From Proteromonas lacertae (lineage: Eukaryota): a DNA stretch of 64,000 bases. The notes under the pieces are model-generated. The model did no database searches and was not told the DNA's origin. It saw only the letters and a program-made list of their open reading frames with translations. Positions 29,270-43,121 of the stretch are shown one piece after another. The translations under genes and the position numbers were made by a program. The stretch is taken from NCBI GenBank assembly GCA_002245135.1, contig NGBS01000295.1, positions 62,001-126,000 on the forward strand, written 5' to 3'. The first letter of the stretch is position 1, and every line of letters starts with the position of its first letter.

Positions 29270-30459
29270 ATGAAAAGAATAATTTTTCTCATAATAGAAG
29301 TAATATTATTAGTCCAAGGATGTAATAACTATTGCAGTGGTCATGGAACTTGTGAAGCAAAAGATCAGTGTAAATGTTTTCCTGGATTTGGTGGAGCTGA
29401 TTGCTCTTTGAGTATAAAAGAATATAAATTATTTATTAATAGGAGCTTGTCCATATAGTGAAGCATATGTTGATCTTCCATTAGGTGATTTGAATCACAA
29501 TGGGGAAGTGGAAGATGAGATAGTGAAAACAGAATGGTATCCTCAGGAAGGTTTAAGTGAAAATCCTTTTGGAGATGTTAATAAAAGAGCTCACAGATAT
29601 GCAGAATGTTCTAACGCTGGTCTTTGCAATAGAGAAACTGGTTTATGTGAATGTTTTGATGGATTTGTAGGAAGTGCCTGTCAAAGAAGAGCTTGTCCTA
29701 CTTCTGTTGCAAATACAATGTGTAGTGGTCATGGTATTTGTATGAGCAGTGAAACATATATGATACTCAATGACCAAGATTTTAAATCTGGAAGCTTAGG
29801 TACTTATAGTTGGGAATATGATAAATTTTACACATGCGTGTGTGATAAAGGATATGTAGGTACTTCATGTAATTCTAGAGAATGTCCGATGGGTGTAGAT
29901 CCAGTTGATAGTGCTCAACCTACTTTAAACTGGAATTTTATACTTAATGACAATACAGATAGTAGTTTAGATCATTATTATGTTTTGCATTACGATGGTG
30001 TAATTTATAAATCTGCTGTTGCTTATAAACAAACAAAATTATGTGGTACAGGTCATTCAACTGATTTAGCTGCTGTATCAGGATTAAAGGAAGAAATCAG
30101 AAGAGTAATTACTGTCATACCTCCACTTGCACAAGTAACTGTTTCTGCTCAATGGTACAACAGATGGTGCTTTATCAATCACATTAACTCCAGAATATTT
30201 AGATGCAAAGAAGATGTCTGAGAGTAAATTATACGTTTATAAAGCAGATGAAAATGGAAATCCTACAAAAGAATCTGCAATTACTGATAATAATGGTGTA
30301 AAAGGTTTAGCAAATAGAGTAACACAACCAGCACCTACAAAAGAAACTATTAAAGAAGCATTATGTAGTAATCGTGGTAGTTGTAATAGACAGACAGGAT
30401 TGTGTGAATGTTATGATGGATACTCAGGAGCAGCTTGTCAACTTACTAGAACTAAATAA
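29270..30459 (+). CDS. SIG1/Ocm1-like tubular mastigoneme protein (EGF/tenascin repeats); +1 frameshift near 30140-30150
   Basis: Signal peptide, CSGHGTC, CP..AYVDLPLGDL, AHRYAECSNAGLCNRETGLCECFDGFVGSACQRRACP, CPMGVDP, terminal CSNRGSCNRQTGLCECYDGYSGAAC: the stramenopile mastigoneme shaft layout. Confidence 0.8.
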
Positions 30460-30599
30460 TTTATTTATATATAATATTATAATGAATTGTCTTTTAAAAA
30501 TAAGATTTAAAAAAACAATAATTAAGAAAAGAACAAAAAGAAGGAAAAAACACATATTTTTTTATTATTATTAATAATATTCGTTATTAAACAATATAA

Positions 30600-31925
30600 T
30601 CACTTCATATTCTTTTTCATTTCACCACTTTTCATCTCACTCTTATTTACAACATTATTCTTATCAATAATATCAATTTTACTTTCACTTTTTTTATTGT
30701 TATTTTTCATATCACCAGGAGTAACAACACCACCACCACTTTCATTATTAAAACAATAACCAAAATATCTCTTTCTTTGAGCAGAATCGCTCATATTTGG
30801 AGTATTTACTGCTTCTTGTAATTCCTTTATTTTATCTAAATCTTTCTTTAACAAAGTCATGGAATAATGTTTTTCACCTACTTTCCTAGGTCGATTTAAT
30901 ACAGGAGGAATATTCATTCCATCACCTTTAGTATCTGTTAAATCACTAATAAAGGGATGATTAATTAATTCTTCAATTAAAGGTCTATCTTTTGGTTTAA
31001 ACTGTAAACATTTTTCTAAGAAATCTAAACAGGTTGGATTCTCTAATAACACTGGATTATGTTTGTTTAAAAATGAATTAATACCTTCTTTTAACTCTAA
31101 TATTACACTATTAAAATCACCATTATAACCTGATAACATACGATGTGATAATAAAGCATAGCAACATACTCCTATACTCCAAATATCACGCTTTCTTCCA
31201 TCATACTTTGGTTTACTACATAACATCTCTGGAGCTAAATATTCACGTTTACCACGACTTACATCGACTATGTAATTGTCATTATCACATACTCGAGCTA
31301 AGCCAAAGTCTATTATACATACTCTACCTTTCCTTCTCATTAGATTTTCAAGTGAGAGATCTAAGTGGACTATGTTGTTTTTGTGTAAGATATATACTGC
31401 TTGTACGATTTGTGCAACATATCGACGTTTTTGTTCTGATACCCATTGGAATGTAGGTAATGAAGAGTCATTATCTAATAATTCACCCATTTGATTGGTC
31501 CAATCTAATAGATCACCTTCATCTAGATATTCTAATGCTGTTACTTGATATAATCCATATGGTAATCCTAAAAATTGTACTTCTATCATATCTTTAAAAT
31601 GAAGAAAACAATTGATGAAAAACACTGAATTACTGATTTTAGATTCCATTAGTAATTGGCCCTCTTTTTCTGGACTTTCATCAGCATCCTTTTTAGCTGT
31701 CTATAAAGAATAACTAAAATATCTTTCATACTAGTGATGATATTTTTAATGCTACATTCATATCTTTTTCGTTCCACTTCGCTTTCAGGATGAATCCAAA
31801 CAGTGACTTTGATATAGTTTTTTCAATCTTTAAAAATAAAAGAGGAGATATACTGAAAAAGTTCCATTTCTAGTAATAATAATTTTGGATTTTGGTAACC
31901 CTTTTATTGACTTTAATCTATTCAT
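30600..31925 (-). CDS. Ser/Thr protein kinase (HLDLSLEN subfamily)
   Basis: VALK, HLDLSLEN, DFG, GKREYLAPE, DIWSIG; 2 introns, one with an AAG acceptor. Confidence 0.85.
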
Positions 31926-31979
31926 TTTTTGATTTTTTTGATTGAAAATTCAAAACTGATTGACGGTCAAAAAGTAAAA

Positions 31980-33792
31980 ATGACGAATTCATTTTTCGAT
32001 TCATCTTTAAACCTGAATGATGGCATTAAAGAAGTTATAAAATGCATGGGATTTGATGAAATGACTCCAGTACAATCAGCAGTAATACCTCAATTCCTGA
32101 ATCATAAAGATGTAGCTGTCCAAGCATGTACAGGTAGTGGTAAAACATTAGCTTATGTCATTCCAGTTATTGAAATATTAAATAGAGTGAAAGATGTGAT
32201 AGGTAATTCAATCGGTGGTTTGGTTATACTACCAACTCATGAATTAGCAAAGCAAGTATACAATATATTCAACTTATTTGTTGATAAATTCCCATTTATA
32301 AAGCCCATTCTTTTAGTTGGTGGTGTGGATGTATTAAAAGACTTAGAATCACTCAAACAAGATGGATTATTACTGCTAATTGGCACACCAGGTCGTTTAA
32401 ATGATATATTTAACAAATCAGAAGAAAATGTGTTGAGCAAAATAGAAGTATTAATTCTAGATGAAGCTGATGTTCTATTAGCAAAAGGTTTTTTAGAAGT
32501 ATTAAAATTAATATTAAATCGTTTACCCAAACAAAGAAGAACTGGATTATTTTCCGCCACATTAACAACTGCAGTTAAAGAGTTAGGTAAATGTGGTTTA
32601 AGAAATCCAGTATCAATATCCATAAAAGTTAATAACGGTAAAAATGATAATATTGTTAATACGAATATATTTGTACCAAAAGAATTAGAAAATTATTACA
32701 TTGTCTGTAATAGTGATGAAAAATTGAATCAAATTTGTCATTTCTTATATAATCATAAAAATGAAAAAGTAATGATATTCTTTATGACTTGTAATGAAGT
32801 AGATTTCTTTACAAAAATGTTTAAATTATTATTTGAAGACATTTCATCCAATATCTATGAAATACATGGGAAAATGGTGAATAAAAAGAGAAACGGAATG
32901 TATAGTCAGTTTTTAGAGAATAAAAGTGGTGTTTTGTTGTGTACAGATGTTGCTGCAAGAGGATTGGATGTTCCTAAACGTATATATATATTACATTTTT
33001 TCTTATTTTTATATTATATATAGTTGATTGGATTATTCAATATTCTCCTCCTCAAGAACCTGAGTTTTATATTCACCGTATTGGCAGAACTGCTAGAGCT
33101 GGTAATATAGGTAATGCCTTGTTATTTATATTACCATCTGAAGAATCTTATATAGAGTTTTTAAAAGGAAGAAATATACCTATTAATAAATTAGATCAAT
33201 TTAAAAATACAAATGAAACATCAGTAAGTTTAGTAAAGAAGATGAAAGAGTTGATTAAGTTGGATAGAGATTTGTATGATAAAAGTATCAGTGCTTTGAC
33301 TGCATTTGTTAGAGCCTATAAAAATCACAAATTGAGTATAGTATTTGTATTTAATGAGATTAATCTTGTTTCATTGTTAGAGTATATCTATTTATTTTTA
33401 TATATTTATATATTTATCTATATAGTTCATTTGGTATAATAAAAAAGCCAAAAATGCCTGAATTAAAGAACTTAACATACAATGAAGAAGATATAAATAT
33501 TGATTCGATACCTTATAAAGATGAAGAACGTGAGAAAGCAAGGCAATTACGATTAGCCAATCCCAAAGAAAAGAAAGTTAGAGAAAGAAAAGACGATGAT
33601 AAAAAAGATAAGATGAAGATGAAGAATAAGAGCAATAAACCTGAAAAGAGGAAGAGAAAGAAGAAGAGTGAAATATTTCAGGAAGAATGGGATGAATTTG
33701 CTGAAGATACTAGATTATTAAAGAAGATGAGAAAAGGAAAGATTAGCAAGGAAGAATATGAAAAGAAATTGTTGGAAGATGATGATTTTTAG
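31980..33792 (+). CDS. DDX55: DEAD-box RNA helicase DDX55/Spb4
   Basis: MTPVQ, ACTGSGKT, DEAD, QRRTGLFSAT, GLRNPV, TDVAARGLD, HRIGRTARAG, C-terminal KKMRKGKISKEEY. Confidence 0.92.
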
Positions 33793-33907
33793 AAAAATTT
33801 ATTTATAGTTGTTTTATCGTATGTGAATATGTTTTTCTTTTTTCAATTCTCATAAACGGAAGTAATAAATATAAATTATTTTATTTATTTTTCTTTATTG
33901 ATTATTT

Positions 33908-34176
33908 TTACTCTGTTTTATTAGCATCTTCTTGCCCTTCTTTCAACATTTTCACAATTGCATCATAAGGGTCTTCTGGCATTTCTTTAGTTAGTGTAAC
34001 TGTGATATGATTGAATAATTCGGTAATATGATGTCTAAATAAGATGAAAATAATAATTATTATACTTTTCAATGTATTCCTTCATTTCTTTTGATCCTGA
34101 AAGATGATAAAGCTTTTCTTCAAATGACTGAACTATAGAAACAATAATAAAATCCTTCTATACTTCCTTTTGGCAT
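33908..34176 (-). CDS. Small DPY30/RIIa-type dimerisation-docking (D/D) domain protein, absent from the ORF track
   Basis: Three exons give MPKGIQSFEEKLYHLSGSKEMKEYIEKHHITELFNHITVTLTKEMPEDPYDAIVKML..., matching YLxxHxIxxLF..L...PxDP. Confidence 0.75.
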
Positions 34177-34251
34177 TTTATAAAACGAACTGTTTTTTGT
34201 ATAGGTTTGACACTTATCAAACTATTTTGAAAAAGTCGTTATAAGAAATAT

Positions 34252-36528
34252 ATGCTTAGAGGAATACAGGATCGAGTTCAAGCAGCTCGAACACAATATA
34301 CAGCATACTATGGTATAGATTGAACTTATATTCTCTAGGAAACCTTGAAGATATGATTATCACCTTAGCACAATCAGTTGAAGCTTTGCAATTTGCTTTG
34401 GATATAGATGGAGTTCCTACTTCATTTGATGATAAAGAACAAGAGAAAATGGATTCAATAGATGCTGCTAATGGTGAAGGAGGTGAGAACGGAGATAGTG
34501 GACCTGCTTCTCCATCTCGTAAATCAAGAAGAGTAAGTCGTGCTGCAGCTAGTTCTTTTTATCAGTATATATTCTATAATTTTAATACATATTAACTCAT
34601 TATAGATTAACTCAAATGGAAAATAAAATGAGAGATTTAGAAAATGATATAAACTTTATAAAATCACAAAACCAGTTGTTAATGAAAAATGCAGCAGGAG
34701 GAGGGGGTGGACTATTTGATTATGGTGGTATGAATGGTGATATAAATGTTAATCAATATATAACAAATGAAGGAGGAGAAGGTGGAGTTAACCAACAGGG
34801 ATTGTACTTAGATGCAGTAACAGAAGATGAAAATGGAAATCCAATCAATGAAGGAGAAGAAGGTGAAGTAAATCAATCAAGCCAAACCTCACCATCTCAT
34901 TTCCCAAAAAGTCCTAAAAAAGCCACCGAATTAAGTGTAATGCAATTAACCAACGAATTAAGAAAATTAACATTAAGTGTAAAAGAACTATTAATGAATA
35001 AAGAAATGCAAGGAATAGAAACCAATTACTTAAAGAATCAAATAGATACACTCAAACAATCAATCAGTGATGTAGCAGGTAAATACAAACAGTTTGATGA
35101 TGAGTTTGAAGAATTACATCGTGATTTAGGAAGAATTAGTAGAGAATATACAGGTACACCAAACTCTGGAATAACTGGAGATGATACTGGTGGAAGAGAT
35201 CATACCAACATTGATAGAGCAAATCATGTATTAAAAGCAATAGAAGATCAAATCACCAAGATATTAGAATTTAAAGGGAAAGATATAGAGACAGTTGAAG
35301 AAATGGAGAATTTATTAGAGGAAAATCATATGTTATTGAGACAGTATTTAGATGCAATTGAAGGTGGAGGTGGTAGTGAAAGTAATCGTGATTCGACAAC
35401 ACAAATATTACATAATTTAGCTTATAATATAAATCAATTATTTAAATATAATAATAGACAGAATTGTCCAATGAAATTATCTACTTTATATTGTGATGAA
35501 GAAGCTGATAAGAATATATTTAAATATTTAACTGATTGTAAAAATATATTATCAACCATATTGAAAGATAGATGTGATATTTGGAATATTGTAGTTGAAT
35601 TGAAAGGATTAACTTTAGGATATGGTGAATTAACACAACAATTTAATACATTAAAGTATATTTATTATTAATATTATTAATATTTAATATAGTGAAACTG
35701 TTACAAAACACATTATTGAAGCTAATACTCGCAATAAACAGAGTGATACAACACTACAGAATCTCGCCACATTAGTAAAGAAAGCATCAGCAATTGCATC
35801 TGGAATGTCTGATGAAGTAAATGAATTAAAAAAGAAAAAATTAGAAAAGAAAGATCTTCAATATTTAGATACTGTCATTGTAGAAATGACAAAAACAATG
35901 GAACAACAGAAGATTGAATTATTGAAGAAAGCAAAAGCAGATGAAGTACATGATGAATTTGATAAGATATATGATGAGATTAGTTATGTAAAGAACAGCA
36001 TAGAAAGTGTTAATGAAGTGTCTAATAGATTAGATCAAACAAATGAAGAAGTAGATACAAAACTAAATAAAGAAGAAGTAGTTAATTTAATTCATCAAAT
36101 TGTACCAAAGCCAAAATCATATGAGATTGTGGATGATAATATATTAGTTTCAAAATACAGATGTATTTCCTGCAATCGTCCTATTCCCATTCCATTAAAA
36201 GATCAAGAACAATTAGATAATTTATATGCATCCAACTCTCTAGGTGCAAACGATAATGATTTGTTACAGTTAAGAGATAATATGCAGAATCCGTATATTA
36301 CTAGACAAAGAAGTCCCAATTCAAAGAGTCTTTCAAATTTAGGAGATGAAGAATGGGATAAAGATGTTAGTCAAGGTAAACCTTCGATTAAGAATAATAC
36401 AAGAGTTATTTCACAATTTCCTAGATTAATTCCATGTATATTTATTGATATATTATTTATTATTATTAGCAATGCCACAAAAAGTGAATAATCATAGTTT
36501 TTCTTCACCTTCTTTACCTAAATTTTAA
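34252..36528 (+). CDS. Coiled-coil protein with C-terminal C-x-S-C-x-R motif (DUF4795/QRICH2-like)
   Basis: Long coiled coil, KA..EV repeats, YRCISCNRPI; 4 introns. Confidence 0.55.
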
Positions 36529-36661
36529 TTGTAATTGAATTTTAGAATAATATATATTGTCATTATTTAATTATTATTTATATATATTTTTTTATGGGAT
36601 GTTAAATAAATAGAAATTATAAAGAAGTAAAAAACAGTTATTATTATTTATCATGTATTTA

Positions 36662-38459
36662 TTATAAATCAAATGGATGAGCTTCAGTATTAAAGATGTA
36701 TTTATCTAAATCAACCTTTTTATTTGTATCAAACAACAAATACAAATATTTCAATGTTTCTGCTCCGAAGAATGATTGGCAATTATCCATATAAGATCCT
36801 TTTTGGTTCACATTATTAATCGCACTATATCCATATCTCACTTTACTACTTTTTTCAAAGGAATTATAAATATCCCATCCCCATTTTCTATATAATAAAT
36901 ATAATTTAAATATATATACAAAAATATTGGATCATTTGTCACTTCATGTAATATATATAATGATTCAACAGCTTCAGGTCTTAAGATGTTATACGGAGTA
37001 GATGGACTCATATTATTGTCATCTACCTTCATAATTTCTGGAGATAATTGAGTAGCAGTTGTCATATACATCTGATAACAAGTATACATTAAAGATTTAG
37101 CAAATGACATTTCTTCTTCTCTTTCAATTTCATTATTTAATAATTCCTTATAATGATATATATCTAATGCAATTAAACCTGGTAAGAAACATGATAAATG
37201 TTCCACTGTAGAACTACCATCTTTTCCCACTGTTAAAATGCCTTTCTTTGATCTTTTTGCTAATATATTATTAATTCCTCTTTTGTTTCTATTAAATACT
37301 TCTCGAAGTCTTTGATTTGTTTTTCCAGTCTGAATCCATGTTTTTAATATATACTCATAAACTGAATCAGTATTTCCTCCAACACCAAATGAGCCAGAAG
37401 TTATTTCACTATTAAACAAATCATTCCTCAGATTACTAAATATATAATCATAAGATTCAAATGCCTTATCACTGTATTTGTTATTACCTGATATTTTAGA
37501 TAAATAAATAAACTCTAATTGAAATGTTCCTACTTCTGCTATACATACATTTGGATTACTTCCTTCACCAGTTCTTAAGTCAAATTCTTTCTATTATATA
37601 TAGTTAATATAGTTATATATACAAATGGAATTTTACCATTAAATGATGAATATAATAAATCTCCAATTTCAATGGCTTTTGTTTTATAAAATACATTCTT
37701 TGTTAAGGAATACATACTCAATAAACCACCTAAAATACGAATTGTATATTCAAAATGAGACATTTTTCTATCAATCTTTTTATAATCTAAATTATTCATT
37801 AACCACTGTTCAGCTTTATTATATTCATCCTTTAAATCCATTAAATACAATGTATCTAAACAATCAACTAATGTCATCCCTATTCCACCCCAATTATTAT
37901 TACCTTTACAGGTTAATGGATTTATTTCATCCTTTCCAAATGCACATTTTTCATATCCACTCCAAAAAAACTTCATTGATTTTTTAACATATTCTGCCAT
38001 TCTTTGACTTTGTTCTTTGATTGAGGATAATGCATTATTATCTACAATTGTCTTATATTTACCATAATATAAGTCATTATCATTATAATTAGGGAAATTA
38101 TAATATAATGTATTTGGTTTTACTCCTTCTAGAAGAACATTTGTATTTTTTGATATTGGAATTGGTGTGTTTTTATTAGATATCTCATTCGGTGATATAG
38201 TTGTTTGTGGAATAGTTGGGCTTTTATCATATATAACATTTCCTGTAGGTCTTTGAGTAACATTTTTGCTATTATATTCATTATTTTGATTATTGCTGGA
38301 TTTACCTCTTAAATTCTGTTCTCCTAATAATCTACAATATAATGTGATTAGAATAAAAGAAACATACTCCTCATTAATCTTGTTTGGATGTATATTCATC
38401 AATACAAAAAGTATGACTAATGAAATTACTATTATCACAGTCAATAATAATACTGCCAT
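36662..38459 (-). CDS. Class I alpha-1,2-mannosidase (GH47), type II membrane protein
   Basis: N-terminal TM, AFGKDEINP, FEYTIRILGGLLS, AEVGTFQLEF, DSVYEY, LRPEAVES, ETLKYLYLLF, FNTEAHP. Confidence 0.93.
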
Positions 38460-38578
38460 TGAATTGAGGTAAAAAGAGCAGGTTTTGTTGTTAAATACAA
38501 AATATATTCGTTTCAAAAACACAATTATTAAAAAAAAACAATAATGAAAAAATAAACCATATTAAAATACATATATAC

Positions 38579-39240
38579 TTAATGTCCACCACAATGCCAT
38601 TTCAATTCTGAAGGAATATTAACTATCTTATCACTATCTTTTACATTATACCAAGAACATTGACAAGCATATGCTGCTCCACCCTTACAAGGACGTAAAT
38701 TACATTTTAATTTATCATAATCTGGGAAATTATTTCTAAAAAACAAATAATTCACTGAACTAGTCCAATTTTTATCTATATATCTATTAACTTTAAAATC
38801 ACAAGATGAACATCTCAAATTATCACAGATACTATTATATTAACATAATGTTATTCTATACCAATTACTTATTGCACTGTATTTGCCAAGCTGAAATGAA
38901 GCTCCACCTAATACTGTAGTTATACATTTTGATAACCCCAAATAATTGCTTGGTGCACTGTAGGATGATAGAGACTTTGATTCTTTATGCTAAAAACGAA
39001 TAATAATAAAGAGATTTTGTACTGGTGGACTAACAACTGATGTCATGTTGATTAAATCATCTAAATCATCAGATGCTGCTATATTTTCAGTTTTACTAAT
39101 ATTATTAGATTGAATTTATACTTGGAACTAGATTTGGTTGTTGTTGTTGTCTATTAAATATAAAATAAATTCAATACTTTAACAACTGGCTCTCCTTTTA
39201 AAACTCCATCAACTTCAGCTAATAAACTGTCAAAATCCAT
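38579..39240 (-). CDS. CFAP418: CFAP418 / C8orf37 ciliary protein
   Basis: MDFDSLLAEV.., KCITTVLGG, CDNLRCSSCDFKV, YLFFRNNFPD, AYACQCSW, LKWHCGGH. Confidence 0.9.
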
Positions 39241-39323
39241 CCAAAACGAAAAATGAAAATTTGAATTGTTTCAAAAAATTAATTCGTTTTTGGATCAAAA
39301 ATTTCTAATTTAAATATTTTGAG

Positions 39324-40268
39324 ATGCCTGAGACGAATCTAGAAGTCAAGCTACCACCATCTGTTGATGTAACACAAATAAAATCTAAATTAAATGCATA
39401 TCTAGATAAGTATGTTTGTAACTGTTTTTAATTTATTCTTTTAGAAAACAATATCAAGATATAGCTACAGACACATCTCAATACACAAAATATCAATGGG
39501 TTGGAATTATATGTATTGTTTTATCTGTTTAGTGTAGTAATTCTGTCAAACAACTCGCTGGTGTCATTTTATAATGTTGCTAATTCGTTTTGTACTGAAA
39601 ATTCCTGTCCGCAGATGAATGCAGGTCCTACATATACTTACTTCTGGAAAGAAGGAGAATCTGAATCTTTAGCTCTTTCAGCTCCTGTTTATAGTAACAG
39701 ACTATTTCAATTGGAGTAAAGAATCAATAATATCGATTATATTTCCAGTAATTGACGATAGTATTTTTTTTATTACATGTAAATAGATAAAGAGAGTGAT
39801 ACATTTCTTACGGATGTGGGGTTGATATATAGAAGATTATTTCGTTTATATGCACATCTTTTACAAAGTCATCGTAAAGAATTCCAGCCAATTCTTTTAG
39901 CTCAAATCCAAAGGACTTTATTTATCTTTATTTCTGTCGTTAAATATTATAATCTCATTCCAATTCAAGAATTAGCTCCTTTAAAAGAATATATTGAAAT
40001 TATTAATTCATCTCAATCGAGTGAGTTACCACCACCAATTAATACACGACCAACAGGTTATGGATAGTATATATTATTATCATTATTTATATATTATAGC
40101 CAGTCTCACAGCTGTAAATTCCAAACTCCTCGTAATTCAAATATATATACACCCAAAAGAAGTGAAACTAGAGCAGGAAATACTCCTTCACCTCTTAAAC
40201 CAGTTGAAAAGAAGAAGGAGGATGAAAATGAAGATGATTTAAGTAAAGGGTGTTGTGTATTTTTTTGA
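39324..40268 (+). CDS. Divergent MOB kinase activator with C-terminal extension ending CCVFF; +1 frameshift near 39706
   Basis: CTENSCPQMNAGP..YFW, SAPVY, IYRRLFRLYAHL..H, YNLIPIQELAPL; spliced last exon ends LSKGCCVFF*. Confidence 0.78.
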
Positions 40269-40343
40269 TGATAGTAATAGTAGTATTACATACATAAAAA
40301 CGTATAATTTAGTTAGAATATATAATTATTACTATTTATATTA

Positions 40344-40510
40344 TCATATTATTGTGATTGAAGGAAATTCGTCCAAAAATAACTTTAATTCTGATTTATC
40401 GATATTTTCTTTTATTGCAACAGAAAAATCTTCTACACAATCTAATATTTCTTTGTTTTTTATCAACAATCTCAATTAACATTTCATTTAATTCATCTCC
40501 TGAGATTATA
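40344..40510 (-). pseudogene. Decayed fragment of the C-terminus of the kinase-LRR family
   Basis: Reads SGDELNE./LRLLIKNKEILDCVEDFSVAIKENIDKSELKLFLDEFPSITII versus SGNELNERELRLMKESKEVFGNLEELSITVKEDIDKSELKSFLETFSSIGLII in 49583-49876; broken frame and no upstream gene. Confidence 0.7.
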
Positions 40511-40653
40511 CTTTAAAAACACTTTTAATGATAATATTGAAAAATGTTTATAACTATTTATACCTACTAAAGTTTACAATGAATATATAGTGTTTTTTGT
40601 GAAGTTTAAATTCTATTTTGAAGCAAGCCTCTTTTCATTCTCAAGCCTTTGGA

Positions 40654-43013
40654 ATGTCTTTAAACGAAAATATAGAGAAAGATGATAATAAAAGTGAAGG
40701 AAATGAAGGTGAAAATGAAGATAGTATTTAATTTAAAGATATATATTGAATAGAAGTAGTAGTAGTAGAAGTGATAGACTATGAATATCCAGATAATCCT
40801 CCTCCTCTTGATATACCTAAATATTGTGCTAATTGTGATATTCCTGATGCAATTTATAAGTGTTCAGCATGCAAACAGGTCTATTATTGTTCTGAAGCTT
40901 GCCAAAGGCACCATTGGAAATATCACAAGAAATTCTGTGGTAAGGAGAGTAGTATAGATAGTAGTAATTATTATTATTATCAATAGTTCTTTTAAGAAAT
41001 GTGAAACCATCACCTGAAGAATTTACTTATGGTAGAGATCAACTAGGAGATGGTAATTACAGTCATGTGAGTCAATGCACTCATGGATATACAGGTGAAT
41101 TATTTGCCTTAAAAACAATAATGTTAGACAAAGTAAAAAGAGTTGCATATAGACACAAAGATGTACACAATGAAATATTTCAAGAAAAAGAAGTATTATT
41201 AAAGCTAAACCATCCATTTATAGTGAAATTATACTATACAATGAAAGATAAAATGACACTTTATTATCTAATGGAATGTCCATTAGGAGGTGAACTGTGG
41301 GAGAAAATAAAAGACAAAAAATCAGACGAACTTGTAGGTTTGTTTGAATCTCAAGCAAAATATTATTCAAGTCAAATCGTATTAGCTTTAGAATACCTTC
41401 ATTCTCAACATATAGTTCATCGTGATTTAAAACCTGAAAATATATTATTAACAAGAAGTGGATTAATAAAAATAATAGATTTTGGTACAAGTAAAAACAT
41501 GGATGATAAACAGTATAATGGTCAAGAATTCCGTGGTACTCCTGAATATATGTCACCTGAAAGTATTAATAATAAATACTGTGGTCCTCCTGTTGATTTA
41601 TGGAGTTTAGGAAGTATAATATATCAATTATTATGTGGATATCCTCCTTTTAAAACTGGTAGTCCTTATATTACATTTCAACGAATACAGAAGGTGCAGT
41701 ATTATTTACCTGATAGTTTGAGTGATAATGCGAGAGATTTGATACAGAAATTATTAGTGTTAGAACCGAAAGAAAGAATAGGTTATGGTAAAAGTATATA
41801 TATATATATAATATTTTCTTTATTTTTTATATATTTAGATGGTTTTGCTGAGTTAAAGAAACATCCTTTTTTCAATGGTTGTGATTGGGTTAATGTATGT
41901 CACATTCGAGAACCAGAAATAACTGATTATGAAAAAGAAATTGAAGAAATTGCTAAACAAATAAACAATCAAGAAATTAGTGATATTAATGATTTAAGTA
42001 TTGAAATGAAAAAGGATTTGAAACATTATTTCTATAGACATCATCGATTAAATGATTATGAAATATATAAATATTTTTTCCAACCCTCCAGAAGAAGGTA
42101 AAATATTGAAAACATTTAATCATCAGTATGTTGGACATGAACATTTAAATAATTCAATATTTAATAAATCTTTCTTCTATTTCATTTTAAATGATCCAAA
42201 AATTCACTTCTGAAGAATCTGTTGAAAAATTGAATAAATTTGTGAATGAAATGAATAGATTACTTCCGTCATTAGTTGTGATAATTGGATCATTTGTTGA
42301 TAGTAAATTAGGAGATGATAATTATGATAAAGATATGAAAATATTCCATAAAATATTATACAAAATGAATAGTAAAATAAATATACTATTAGTAGGAAGT
42401 GAGAATGAATTTGGTAATTGCACTAAAGAGGAATTAAATCGATACAAAATAATAAATGGAGATAGTTATTATCAATATTGGATATTTGGTTTAAATATTT
42501 ATATATTAAATTCATCACTAATTAGAAGTAAAGATAGTAGTAATGAAGTGGAAAAAGAGAATCAATTGAATTGGTTTGAAGAAGAAATGTTCATTAGTAA
42601 AATAGGTAGTACGCATTTAGTTATATTTATAAAAGATGATTTGTTTGTAAAAAATAATGAAGATTTGATAAATGAAGTAGATAAAGAAAATTATATGAAA
42701 ATTATAAAACGAAGTGGTGTTGAAATGATTATAAGTGGTGATACTACCACTAATAATGGTGGAAGAGTAGATGAGGATTTAATAGAATATGATAAAAAAG
42801 ATGATGATGGTAATGTTAACTGGAACTAGATTAATCAATCAAAATTCATTTTCTAAAAATGATAGTTTAAGTTATGTGATTGTTGAAGAAGAGAAATTGA
42901 AGATAAATTACCTATTCTTGAGTGATTTGGAGGAATTAGAGATTGATTTAGTTGATGAAGAGGGAGAGAAAGAATTAGATACAATAGTGGAAGATAGAGA
43001 TGAAGAAATATGA
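40654..43013 (+). CDS. MYND finger - PDK1-like AGC kinase - degenerate CPPED1-like metallophosphoesterase fusion (three +1 frameshifts)
   Basis: MYND CANC..CSAC..CQRHHWKYHK; GDGNYS, HRDLKPEN, DFG, EFRGTPEYMSPE, SPYITFQRI; phosphoesterase-like GDSYYQYW..ILNSSLI..QLNWFEEE. Confidence 0.8.
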
Positions 43014-43121
43014 TAAGATAATTGTTATTATTATTGATTATATTGTTATTTTATTGATTCTAAAAATATGACTGTTTCGAAACGGATATAAATTTGAGGA
43101 GTTAATTCTTAAAATCGATTA

